From Alphaproteobacteria bacterium (GTDB taxonomy: Bacteria > Pseudomonadota > Alphaproteobacteria > GCA-2731375): a stretch of 64,000 bases of DNA. The notes beneath the pieces are model-generated. The model was not told the origin of the DNA. It did not search any database and worked only from the letters and a program-made list of their open reading frames with translations. The position numbers and the translations under genes were made by a program. Of this stretch, positions 49,516 through 58,090 are shown piece by piece (position 1 is the stretch's first letter; the number at the start of each line of letters is the position of its first letter). Location: the NCBI GenBank assembly GCA_965232515.1, contig CBDDPY010000002.1, positions 5,088,001 to 5,152,000 on the forward strand, read 5' to 3'.

Positions 49516-51249
49516 TTACGGCCGCAAGCCCATTTCGGTTCTGGCTTCTTGCAGATCGATCCTTGCCTTCACGCCGTGCTTTTCTAGAAGGTGCAAAAGA
49601 TGTGATCCGGTCATGAGGGTGAGTGGTTTATCAGAGGCAAATTTGTGAGCATCGGGTCCGTAATCTGCTGTGGTCACAAGGATACCCTTAATCGCCCCTT
49701 CACTCATTGTTGTCCCGTAGAGATCGCGCACCGCTGCAACACCAACAGTGCGCGTATAACGCTTGGCTTGAATGACAATCTTGCCGCCGCTGATCGGATC
49801 AGGATCGAAAGCGACTGCATCGACTCCACCGTCACTGCTGGATTGCGTGATGCGCACTTCGCCGCCTCGGGAGGCAAACTCCTTCTCGAATAGTTCTCGC
49901 ACCAAGTGCTCGAACTCTTCCCAATCCATTGCGGCAAGGTTTGTCGTCCCATTGCCCGCAATCTCAACGGCTCGTGCATCGACAAAACGCTTATCGGTTT
50001 TCTGAAACTCAACGATTGGCGCAATTGGCGTAAGACCCACGAGTGAAGCGGCAGATACCCCCTTGAGCGATTTGAAGCAGACTTTAGGCTCAACCTGTTC
50101 AAGATTGATCGCCAAAAACTCGTTTTTCTTCGCCATGACAGAAAGAATGGTCGACGTAACCTGCTGGCCCGTGGCGCGGTCAATCGACTCCGTCCAGCCG
50201 TTGAAGGCAATGCTCTCAAGATGATTGAGGCTATCAGCTTCGAATAATTCGTGCAGTGTCCGTAGACAGATTTGATAGCACAGATCATCGAATAGCGTCT
50301 TCTTGTCGCGCTCACTGATGCTGATTTCTTTCAACTCGCCCGTCGAGGCAACAAATCGGACGGATTTGGTTGTCGGCAGATCATCGGGCGTAGGCAACAG
50401 ATACTCTACTAGAAGCAACTTGGATTCAGGATCATATTGAATCTCCCACTGCTTGGGCACCACTTCGTCATGCTCGGATGCTTCAAGCACGATTGAAGCA
50501 TGCTCCTCGACCGCCTCGGGTTGACCGTCGCGCCATGCTGCCTCAAGAGCATCGACCTTCGCATTTTCTACGACCTGCTTATCGAGAAACGCCTTCTCCT
50601 GCGCATCTTGCTCGGCGTTCCACGCATCTCGGCTCTTGACCCATTCGGCATGAGCATCCGCATTCTTCTTTTCAACGCGCTCGACTTCGGCGTTATATTT
50701 ATCCAGCGCTTCTAGATATTGACGTTCGATTTTCTTGCGCTGTCCGAACAATAACTGAAAGAACCCAACTTGAACGGGTGACGGTGCGGAAGAACCGATG
50801 AGCTCTTTCTTTTGTTGTTTCGTATATTTCTTGCGCTCAAATCTCGAATGATCTTTGAGAACGTCCCAATCAACCGCATCATCCACCAACAGCGTGTGGT
50901 GCAGTGTCGTTCTGAGATGGTCACGGCGAAGCTCGGCTTCGGCGGTTAAGTCCTCGGCACGCTCTTTTCCTGTGGCGGCATCCTGTTTCTTAACGTGTGC
51001 TGCGTATTTCTTGTCCCATTGAGCCATCAGCGTATCGACCTTGTTTTGCAAGATCGAAACCTCGGGAGCGCTTAGCTCTTTATGAAGATCGAGCGCGGTG
51101 TGTCTGAAATCGATGTAGTAGCGCAAGATGCGATCACCCGCCGCGCTGAACTTGGCGCGCAGCTCTCCAGCCTGAATATTCTGAAGATTTGAAGACTGAA
51201 AGTTAATTCTTTCGGGCATCGTAGTTATCCGGGATCGTTCGGTTGCCAA
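49516..51249 (-). CDS. Large Mrr-like (type IV-like) restriction endonuclease with C-terminal Mrr_cat domain
   Basis: MDWEEFEHLVRELF, TQSSSDGGVDA, IVIQAKRY, VGVAAVRDLYG, GILVTT; visibly lower GC; start TTG 51249 or ATG 51219. Confidence 0.85.
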   Translation of the reverse strand: MATERSRITTMPERINFQSSNLQNIQAGELRAKFSAAGDRILRYYIDFRHTALDLHKELSAPEVSILQNKVDTLMAQWDKKYAAHVKKQDAATGKERAEDLTAEAELRRDHLRTTLHHTLLVDDAVDWDVLKDHSRFERKKYTKQQKKELIGSSAPSPVQVGFFQLLFGQRKKIERQYLEALDKYNAEVERVEKKNADAHAEWVKSRDAWNAEQDAQEKAFLDKQVVENAKVDALEAAWRDGQPEAVEEHASIVLEASEHDEVVPKQWEIQYDPESKLLLVEYLLPTPDDLPTTKSVRFVASTGELKEISISERDKKTLFDDLCYQICLRTLHELFEADSLNHLESIAFNGWTESIDRATGQQVTSTILSVMAKKNEFLAINLEQVEPKVCFKSLKGVSAASLVGLTPIAPIVEFQKTDKRFVDARAVEIAGNGTTNLAAMDWEEFEHLVRELFEKEFASRGGEVRITQSSSDGGVDAVAFDPDPISGGKIVIQAKRYTRTVGVAAVRDLYGTTMSEGAIKGILVTTADYGPDAHKFASDKPLTLMTGSHLLHLLEKHGVKARIDLQEARTEMGLRP

Positions 51250-51293
51250 CGTGACATTTGCCGCCCCGTCGGATCAAGCGTCGAATAAGACTT

Positions 51294-51349
51294 GAGCGGC
51301 CATTCGTGCATTGTACAGCATCCGTCACTTTGGGTTCGAAGCTGTTATT
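51294..51349 (-). other. Putative recombination site, right of the Mrr-like gene (inverted relative to the left site)
   Basis: Minus strand AATAACAGCTT-N8-AAGTGACGGAT-N15-AATGGCCGCTC. Confidence 0.45.
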
Positions 51350-51850
51350 GAGGACAGAAATATTCAGGAGCGCACCAACTGCGGTACAGGCGTAGCTGAT
51401 TGGTAAGCTCTTCAGCAGGGATGGGCAGTACTGCGCATTCCGGGATTTTACTATTATAGGGCCATAGCGAAACAATAGTGCGCATTCATTTTCACGCACG
51501 GCCCGCCATTTCCATAGAACGGCTCCGTTTTCGAACTGCGGATCTGATCCGGTAGCCGAACAGAGGCGTTTGGCGGGCCTTGTGCAGCGCGTTATCCTGC
51601 CAAAAAGAACGATCACGCACGGCTAACGCCCTACCATCTCATGGAGAAGCCCCACCGCCGATGTTCACCAACTGCTGATGCAGTCGTGATTAGTGACGCG
51701 GTAAGTTGAGGCTATATCGGATGTAACGTGGTGTGCGCTGTGTTTCGCTTGAGACTCATTCCGTTTGAATCGTGCGCTGCGGGTTGCACAGGCAAACTCG
51801 TTGGCGGCTTGTGCGTCTAAGGACGAAACAGGCAGGCGAAAGGCGCATTT

Positions 51851-53236
51851 ATGGCATCGGCAATGAGCTCTCAATCCCGCCTCTTCTTTGTTGGGCTGTT
51901 GGCAGCGCTTTCGCTGTTGTGGACCGATGCGCTGCGGGCTCAGAACGCGACGCCGCTGCCGGATTACGTGATCGAGAAATTCGGCAACCCGCCACCCGTA
52001 CCGGAAGGTCTGCTGTCCGAGGAATTGCGGTCGGCCGTACAGGTTGCCTTTGTCGACAGCATGGCGAAATCAAGCTGGGGACGAGATCAGACATTGGCGC
52101 TGATCGAAATCTCAGAGTCGAAAGACCCCCGGCTTGCCTGGATCATCAGCGATTTGATGCGCTTCGCCAGCGGGCCCGACCTGAACGCGATCCTCGCCAA
52201 GGCCGCCTCCGATTTGCTGGGTAGGAACTTACTGACTCAAAACGCGTGGGGGGACGTGACCGACCATCTCATCGCATGGGATATTCCGGCGCCCCCCGGC
52301 TACCTCGCGGTGAAACGGGCGATTTTTACGAGCATCATTCCTGGCTGGGACAGGATCTTTGTCGAAGGCGATATCGACTGGCGGCTCGTTTCGTGGGGCG
52401 GCGTGCTGATCGACGATCGCCCGCACGACAAGACCGACGAGCTGTGCAATTGCATTCCCGCCGCGGATAACCCGGAAGTAACCAACGCCGAAGACGCCAC
52501 CTGGCTCAAGGACGATGACATCGTCTTCGGTATCACGGTGAACGGTGAATCGCGCGCCTATCCGCGACGCATCATGGAAGTGCGCGAGATGGTCAACGAC
52601 ACGTTGGGCGGACGCGATCTCGGCATTCCCTACTGCACGTTATGCGGCGCCGCCCAAGCCTACTTCACCGACCAACTGCCCGAAGGAATTGAACGGCCGA
52701 TTCTGCGCACGTCAGGACTGTTAATCCGGTCCAACAAAGTGATGTATGACCTGAACACCTATTCCGTGTTCGACACGTTCTTGGGTCACGCGGTAACGGG
52801 CCCGCTTGCGGAGAAGAATCTGCAGCTAAAGCAGGCCACGGTCGTCACAACGGACTGGGGACGGTGGAAGCGAGATCACCCCGACACGACGGTGCTGGTC
52901 GAACGGCTGGCGCTTGGTCGCGATCCGGATTTTCGTAACACAAGGGATGCGAATGGACCGATTTTTCCGATCGGTGATATCGATCCACGTTTGCCGGTTC
53001 ATGAGGACATCATTGGCGCCATCACCGCGTCCGGCAAGCCGGTGGCGTTCCAGCGAAGCAAGGCATTTGTGGCTTTGACAAACGGCGAAGAGATCACGTT
53101 TGAAAATGTTCGCCTGGAACTTGACGCCGGCGGCATAAGAGCCGTGGATGCGGATGGCGCCGATATTGGCAGCCATCAGGCCTTCTGGTTCGCCTGGTCG
53201 CAGTTCCACCCGCAAACGGCGCTCTGGCCCGAGTAA
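51851..53236 (+). CDS. Exported DUF3179-like protein
   Basis: Signal peptide; SWGGV, CIPAADNP, RAYPRRIM..EMVND, PYCTLCG, SGLLIRSNKVMYD, FWFAWSQFHP. Confidence 0.75.
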   Translation: MASAMSSQSRLFFVGLLAALSLLWTDALRAQNATPLPDYVIEKFGNPPPVPEGLLSEELRSAVQVAFVDSMAKSSWGRDQTLALIEISESKDPRLAWIISDLMRFASGPDLNAILAKAASDLLGRNLLTQNAWGDVTDHLIAWDIPAPPGYLAVKRAIFTSIIPGWDRIFVEGDIDWRLVSWGGVLIDDRPHDKTDELCNCIPAADNPEVTNAEDATWLKDDDIVFGITVNGESRAYPRRIMEVREMVNDTLGGRDLGIPYCTLCGAAQAYFTDQLPEGIERPILRTSGLLIRSNKVMYDLNTYSVFDTFLGHAVTGPLAEKNLQLKQATVVTTDWGRWKRDHPDTTVLVERLALGRDPDFRNTRDANGPIFPIGDIDPRLPVHEDIIGAITASGKPVAFQRSKAFVALTNGEEITFENVRLELDAGGIRAVDADGADIGSHQAFWFAWSQFHPQTALWPE

Positions 53237-53312
53237 GGCGACCTCGGAATCGAACGGTTGTCGTCGTTAGATATCTTCCAACGCCGCGAAAACATCATCA
53301 TAGGGGTCCGAT

Positions 53313-54314
53313 CTAGTCTCCGGCGACCATCCGCCACAGTTTGCCGAGGCTTTCGCGGGCGTGTTCACGGTGGGTTCGGTAGCGGACGTGGGCGGTCGGC
53401 GGTGCGTCGGGGGCGAGTTCGATCGACCAGAGGGCGCTCACGTTGTTGGGCAGGAACGAGTAGCGGACGTCGATGATCCGGTTGGGGTGCTCCGGGTCTT
53501 TCGCCACGAAGCCGTCGCTGAACCAGCGGAAACGTTCGATGTCGTGGGCCTGTTGCGAGGCCGGATCGAGCCAGGGCAGGTCGCGGGCGGGATCCAACTT
53601 CGGTACCGAAACACCAGGAAACGCCGTAGGCAGGACGCCCGCGCGCACCGCGTCCACGTAGAACCGGTCCGGCGTCTCGTAGATGGTCTTCCAGACCAGG
53701 ATGTTGGCGAAGCTCGGCTTCACCTCAAGGCGGAGCGGCATATGCCCACGTGCGGCCGCAACCTCGCCGGCCATGGTCCGCGCCGCCTGGTGCTGCAGCG
53801 CGCCGGCCGCCAGATAGAGGCCGGCCCAGGCCAGCGCGAGGCGCGCCAGCGCCGGTTTTCGCCGCAGGCCGGCCATGACGATCAGGAGCACGATGGGGAG
53901 CGTGAACAGCGGGTCGACGATGGAGACGATGCTCCAGGAAAACCGCGCATCGCTGAACGGCCAGAACAGCATCGTGCCGTAGGACGTGGCCGTGTCGAGC
54001 AGGGCGTGCGTCGCGTAGCCCAGCGCGCAGAACAGGAACGTCCGCGCGAAGGACAGTTGCCAGCGCCGTCCGACGATCCAGTGGAGCGCCAGCGCGCAGA
54101 TCAGGCCGCCGACCGGAATGAAGACCAGCGAATGGGTGAACTGGCGATGATATTCCAGGAACAGCAGCGGGTCGCTGTCGGAGCGGATCAGCACGTCCAG
54201 GTCCGCCGCCATGCCGGCGACGAAGCCCAGGGCCCCGGCGATACCGACCTGGGTCTTGTGGCGCGTCGCCTGCGGCAGCGCCGCCCCCAGCGCGCCTTGC
54301 GTCAGCGGATCCAT
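53313..54314 (-). CDS. Inner-membrane metal-dependent hydrolase (YdjM/DUF457-like)
   Basis: MDPLTQGALGAA, DLDV, HRQFTHSL, THALLD..TSYGT..WPF. Confidence 0.85.
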   Translation of the reverse strand: MDPLTQGALGAALPQATRHKTQVGIAGALGFVAGMAADLDVLIRSDSDPLLFLEYHRQFTHSLVFIPVGGLICALALHWIVGRRWQLSFARTFLFCALGYATHALLDTATSYGTMLFWPFSDARFSWSIVSIVDPLFTLPIVLLIVMAGLRRKPALARLALAWAGLYLAAGALQHQAARTMAGEVAAARGHMPLRLEVKPSFANILVWKTIYETPDRFYVDAVRAGVLPTAFPGVSVPKLDPARDLPWLDPASQQAHDIERFRWFSDGFVAKDPEHPNRIIDVRYSFLPNNVSALWSIELAPDAPPTAHVRYRTHREHARESLGKLWRMVAGD

Positions 54315-54454
54315 CGGTCGGCGATACCTGCTTGCTACACGAAACCGTGGCGCATCATTGCCCCAGCCGTCGGCCTCGACGCAACCGCGACGGTGGGCTC
54401 ATCGTGCATTTGATCTGAATTTCGCCTGGCGAACGTCGATTGCGATGTACGCAG

Positions 54455-55021
54455 TCACTTTTCCGCGCCGAACTGCGCCAGCAGCGCCTTCTGAAGGTCC
54501 TGGCGGAGGGAGTCGTCGCCCGTCGCCCGAGACAGGATCACGGCGCCGAGGAGCGAGGCGAGCAGGTGGGCGGCGCGCGTCTCGGTCATGTCGGATGCCG
54601 CGTGATCGCCGGCGATCACGGCAAGCGCCCGCGCCAGCCCCTCGTTATAGGCGTTCCGAGCACCCGCGCCGCCGCGGCTGACATCCAGGCTGAGCGTCGG
54701 CAGGAGGCAGCCGCCGCCCGGGTCGTCGACATGCTTCCGCCCGACATAGAAGTCGATCACGTTCCGTATCCAGGCATCGTCGCCCTTGTCCCGGGCGGCC
54801 GCCAGAAAATCCACCAGTCGATCCATTCCGTCGGCGACCACGGTCTCGAACAGGTCGTCCTTGGATCCGAACTGGCGGTAGACCGCGCCCGACGTGACGC
54901 CGGCGGCCGTGGCGACGGCGTCGACGCCGCCGCCGGCCTCGCCGTTCTCCCGGAAGACCCGACCGGCCGCATCGATCAAGGCACGGCGGGTCCGCGCCTT
55001 GTGCTCCTTCGAGTAACGCAT
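54455..55021 (-). CDS. TetR/AcrR family regulator
   Basis: MRYSKEHKARTR, HTH AGVTSGAVYRQFGSKDDL, GGCLLPTL; AGGAGG RBS. Confidence 0.92.
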   Translation of the reverse strand: MRYSKEHKARTRRALIDAAGRVFRENGEAGGGVDAVATAAGVTSGAVYRQFGSKDDLFETVVADGMDRLVDFLAAARDKGDDAWIRNVIDFYVGRKHVDDPGGGCLLPTLSLDVSRGGAGARNAYNEGLARALAVIAGDHAASDMTETRAAHLLASLLGAVILSRATGDDSLRQDLQKALLAQFGAEK

Positions 55022-55066
55022 GCGCCACCTCCTTGACACGACTCTATCGCATCGCGCATCATTCGT

Positions 55067-55090
55067 TATAGATAACGATCACTATCTATA
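55067..55090. promoter_or_regulatory. Palindromic operator, probably bound by the adjacent TetR
   Basis: TATAGATA-acGATCac-TATCTATA between the divergent tetR and MFS genes. Confidence 0.65.
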
Positions 55091-55101
55091 GAGGCGATTT
55101 C

Positions 55102-56310
55102 ATGCTCGGCACGCTCCGTCGATCCGACTGGACCGTATCGCTCATCGTTCTGGTCGTGGCCGCTTCGGTCGTTCTGTCGGTCTCGATGGGGCTGCGGCAG
55201 AGCCTGGGGCTGTTCCTGGGGCCGATGGCGCGGTCGGCGGGAATCACGGCCGCCGAATTCGGCATTGCCATGGCGGTGCAGAACCTGGCCTGGGGCGTTA
55301 CCCAGCCGTTCACCGGCATGCTGGCGGACCGCTTCGGCGGCCGCGCCGTCGTGCTTGTCGCCGGACCGGTCTACGCGCTCGGACTGGTGTTGATGGCGCT
55401 GGCCGGCGGCACCGGGCTGCAGCTCGGCGGTGGCCTGCTTGTCGGCCTGGCGGTGGCCGGATCGGCATTCGGGGTCGTCATTGGCGCCGTCTCGCGGCAG
55501 GCGCCCGACGACAAGAAGGCCATTGCCGTCTCGATTGTCGCCGCGGCGGGCTCGATCGGGACGCTGGTCCTCGCGCCGCTCGGCCAGCACCTGATTGAGA
55601 CGCGGGGCTGGGCCGATGCGCTCCTCGCCTTCGCCGCGATCGCCGGCCTGGTCAGCCTTGGCGGCGTCGCGCTGGAAGGCCGACCGACGGCGACCGCGGC
55701 CGGGCCTCGGCCGCAGCCGCTTCTCGCCATGCGGGAGGCGCTGGCCCACAAGGGCTTCGTCGCCACGACCATCGCCTTCTTCGCCTGCGGCTTCCAGCTC
55801 ATCTTCATCGCCACGCATCTGCCGAGCTATCTGGAGCTGTGCGGCATTCCACCAGCGGTCGGCGCGAGCGCGCTGGCCCTTATCGGTGTCTTCAATGCGA
55901 TCGGCACGCTGGTCGTCGGCGGGCTTGGCGCACGCTACGGCAACGGCATGATGCTGGGGTTCGTATATCTCGCGCGCACCGCGGCCATCGCCGTCTACGT
56001 CCTGATGCCGGCAAGCGTCGAGACGACGCTCCTGTTCGCGGCCGTGATGGGCTTCCTGTGGCTGAGCGTCGTGCCGCTGGCCAGCGGGCTGATCGCGTCC
56101 ATGTTCGGCACGGTCAATTTCGGCACCATCTTCGGCGTGATGTTCCTCAGCCACCAGGTCGGCTCGTTTCTGGGCGCCTGGCTCGGCGGGCTCAGCTTCG
56201 ACATCTCGGGCGACTACACCGTTGCCTGGTGGAGCCTGATCGCGATCGGCCTCATGGCCACGCTGCTGCAGTTCGCCGCCAAGACAACGCCGGCCCCGGC
56301 GGCGGCCTGA
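55102..56310 (+). CDS. MFS transporter
   Basis: GLRQSLGLFL, QPFTGMLADRFG, FFACGFQL..IATHLP, SHQVGSFLG. Confidence 0.9.
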   Translation: MLGTLRRSDWTVSLIVLVVAASVVLSVSMGLRQSLGLFLGPMARSAGITAAEFGIAMAVQNLAWGVTQPFTGMLADRFGGRAVVLVAGPVYALGLVLMALAGGTGLQLGGGLLVGLAVAGSAFGVVIGAVSRQAPDDKKAIAVSIVAAAGSIGTLVLAPLGQHLIETRGWADALLAFAAIAGLVSLGGVALEGRPTATAAGPRPQPLLAMREALAHKGFVATTIAFFACGFQLIFIATHLPSYLELCGIPPAVGASALALIGVFNAIGTLVVGGLGARYGNGMMLGFVYLARTAAIAVYVLMPASVETTLLFAAVMGFLWLSVVPLASGLIASMFGTVNFGTIFGVMFLSHQVGSFLGAWLGGLSFDISGDYTVAWWSLIAIGLMATLLQFAAKTTPAPAAA

Positions 56311-56735
56311 TGACAAAGGCGCAAACGGGCATCGATGCGTTTCTGTCGCGGCTGCCATTCGTGTGCGAATTCGGCATTGCGCCGATCCTGGTGGAGCCGG
56401 GCCGCGTGATCGTCGAAATGCGCTACCAGGACCGTTTCTCGACGCCGCCGGGGCTTTTCCCGGCGTCGATCGTGGGCGCGGTCGGCGACGTTGCCGCCGT
56501 CTCGTCATGTCTGACCATGGTGCCGGCCGGCCATGCGGTCGCGACGCTGGACTTCACCATCAAGATGACGAACCCCGCCAGGGGTGAGCGCCTGCGGGCG
56601 GAAGGCCGCGTGCTGCAGCACGGTCGCACGATCTCGACCGCGGCGGCCGATATCTGGGCCGGCGACGGCGGCGATGACCTCATCCACTGCGGCGGGCTCC
56701 TGGCGACCGCGAGAAGCTTCAAGCTGACGCGCTAG
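56310..56735 (+). CDS. PaaI-family hotdog thioesterase
   Basis: ATG at 56310 overlaps MFS stop; GRVIVEM, GAVGDVAA, TLDFTIKMTNPARG, EGRVLQHGRTIS. Confidence 0.8.
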   Translation: MTKAQTGIDAFLSRLPFVCEFGIAPILVEPGRVIVEMRYQDRFSTPPGLFPASIVGAVGDVAAVSSCLTMVPAGHAVATLDFTIKMTNPARGERLRAEGRVLQHGRTISTAAADIWAGDGGDDLIHCGGLLATARSFKLTR

Positions 56736-56758
56736 GCGTCATTCCCGCACGGGATAAC

Positions 56759-57472
56759 TCAAACGATCCGGAACACCTGGCCCGAGCCGGGGTCGCGGTA
56801 GAGGTCCACGCGGTCGCCGTTCCAGTGGTAGTCGAAGTGCCGGCCCTGCCGGGCATTGCCGGCGAGGTCGGGGTAGAACAGACCGACGCAGTCGCCGTCG
56901 TCGCAGCGGACGCTCGGGTAGACGACACCGTCGGCGCCGGCCCGGCGCAGGGCGTCGCCGAGAGCCTGGGCGGCGGTGTAGTCGTCGGGATCGAGGGGTG
57001 CCGCGTGGTCTATATCGCCGCCGCGCAGGTCGTGCAGGCTGCCTTCCACGTCGAGCAGGATCTCGCGGAACTGGGAGGTCCAGCCCGCCGTCTCATTGGT
57101 CCGGGCCATGAATCGGCCGTGGTGGTAGACGGTTTCCAGGAGAGCGACGTCGAAACGGTCGCCGGCGTAAAGCACGCCGGCCGTGCCGTCGCTGAACCGG
57201 CTCGGCCGGTCCGGGCTGACATGGGTGAACGGCGCCATCAGGAAGGTGGCGCCGGGGCCGCCGACGCGCCGCGCGGCGGGCACCAGGTCGAGGTTACCGA
57301 TCGTTTCCATCAGTCGCGGATTGGTCTTCTGCTCGGCCGAGATCAGGAGCGGCCAATCGGCCGGGTCGGCGATATCCTCGAACAGGTCGATGGGCGGGAA
57401 GAGGCTGCGGATGATGCGGAACGCCGGCCGCCACTCGACGGCCGCGACTGCTACCGTCGTGACATCGATCAC
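56759..57472 (-). CDS. RES-domain toxin (NAD+-consuming family)
   Basis: RIIRSLFPPIDLFE, SRFSDG, ALLETVYH, GVVYPSVR (R-E-S residues). Confidence 0.88.
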   Translation of the reverse strand: MIDVTTVAVAAVEWRPAFRIIRSLFPPIDLFEDIADPADWPLLISAEQKTNPRLMETIGNLDLVPAARRVGGPGATFLMAPFTHVSPDRPSRFSDGTAGVLYAGDRFDVALLETVYHHGRFMARTNETAGWTSQFREILLDVEGSLHDLRGGDIDHAAPLDPDDYTAAQALGDALRRAGADGVVYPSVRCDDGDCVGLFYPDLAGNARQGRHFDYHWNGDRVDLYRDPGSGQVFRIV

Positions 57473-57882
57473 CAGGCGCCGCGCTCGGCGTCGAGGTAGC
57501 GGCGCACTCGCATCAGGTCGGTCAGCTCGCCGCCCAGCATCACGTCGAGCGCCGTGCGGCCGCCGAAGGCCGCGTTCGGCGCCTTGATCCAGGCATAGGC
57601 GCGCTGCGGCTCACGGAAGATGGTGCGCAGCGCCTTGTGCACGCCCATCAGGTTCGACAGCCGCGCCTTGCCGTCCCGCGTGATGCGGCCGGACTGGCCC
57701 GCCTTCCAGCGGCGGTAGGTCCGGACCGGCTGGTCGAGCAGCGTCGCGGCCTGCTCGTCGGTGATCTGCCAGTGCCGGAACAGGTTCAGCGTCGCCCGGA
57801 ACATGGCCGCGGCCTCGGCGTCCGAGATCGGCGCCGGCGCGAAGTCCTGAGGCTGAGTATCGACGGGCAGTAGTTGCGGCAT
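57469..57882 (-). CDS. Xre/MbcA/ParS-type antitoxin
   Basis: HTH-like LFRHWQITDEQAATLL; WIKAPNAAFGGRTALDVM; VRRYLDAERG; 4-bp overlap with toxin. Confidence 0.88.
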   Translation of the reverse strand: MPQLLPVDTQPQDFAPAPISDAEAAAMFRATLNLFRHWQITDEQAATLLDQPVRTYRRWKAGQSGRITRDGKARLSNLMGVHKALRTIFREPQRAYAWIKAPNAAFGGRTALDVMLGGELTDLMRVRRYLDAERGAW

Positions 57883-57899
57883 GGCATCCTCAAGCAATC

Positions 57900-57926
57900 T
57901 GGCATTATATACCTATTTTAATGCCA
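57900..57926. promoter_or_regulatory. Inverted-repeat operator upstream of the antitoxin
   Basis: TGGCATTA-N11-TAATGCCA. Confidence 0.6.
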
Positions 57927-57956
57927 AATGACAAGGGAAATTCGAACGTGATGGCA

Positions 57957-58063
57957 CATCCTTCGAGACGGGCCTGCGGCCCTCCTCAGGATGAGGTTTA
58001 TGTGTGATATCAGTGTCTTACCTCATGCTGAGGAGCCGGCGAAGCCGGCGTCTCGAAGCATGC
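57957..58063. repeat. REPIN-like element, copy 2 (inverted relative to 21184..21295)
   Basis: catccttcgagacgggcctgcggccctcctcaggatgagg...cctcatgctgaggagccggcgaagccggcgtctcgaagcatgc. Confidence 0.8.
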
Positions 58064-58090
58064 GATATCAGTCGGGGCCGGGCTCACCTG

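Noticed and set aside
51203-51616. 137-aa ORF upstream of the nuclease (also 51665-51874)
   Set aside because: No RBS or family motif, it overlaps the nuclease start and crosses the putative site; probably spurious
51851-53236. Selenocysteine recoding in the DUF3179-like gene
   Set aside because: ORF is uninterrupted, has Cys codons at the CxxC and ends in TAA
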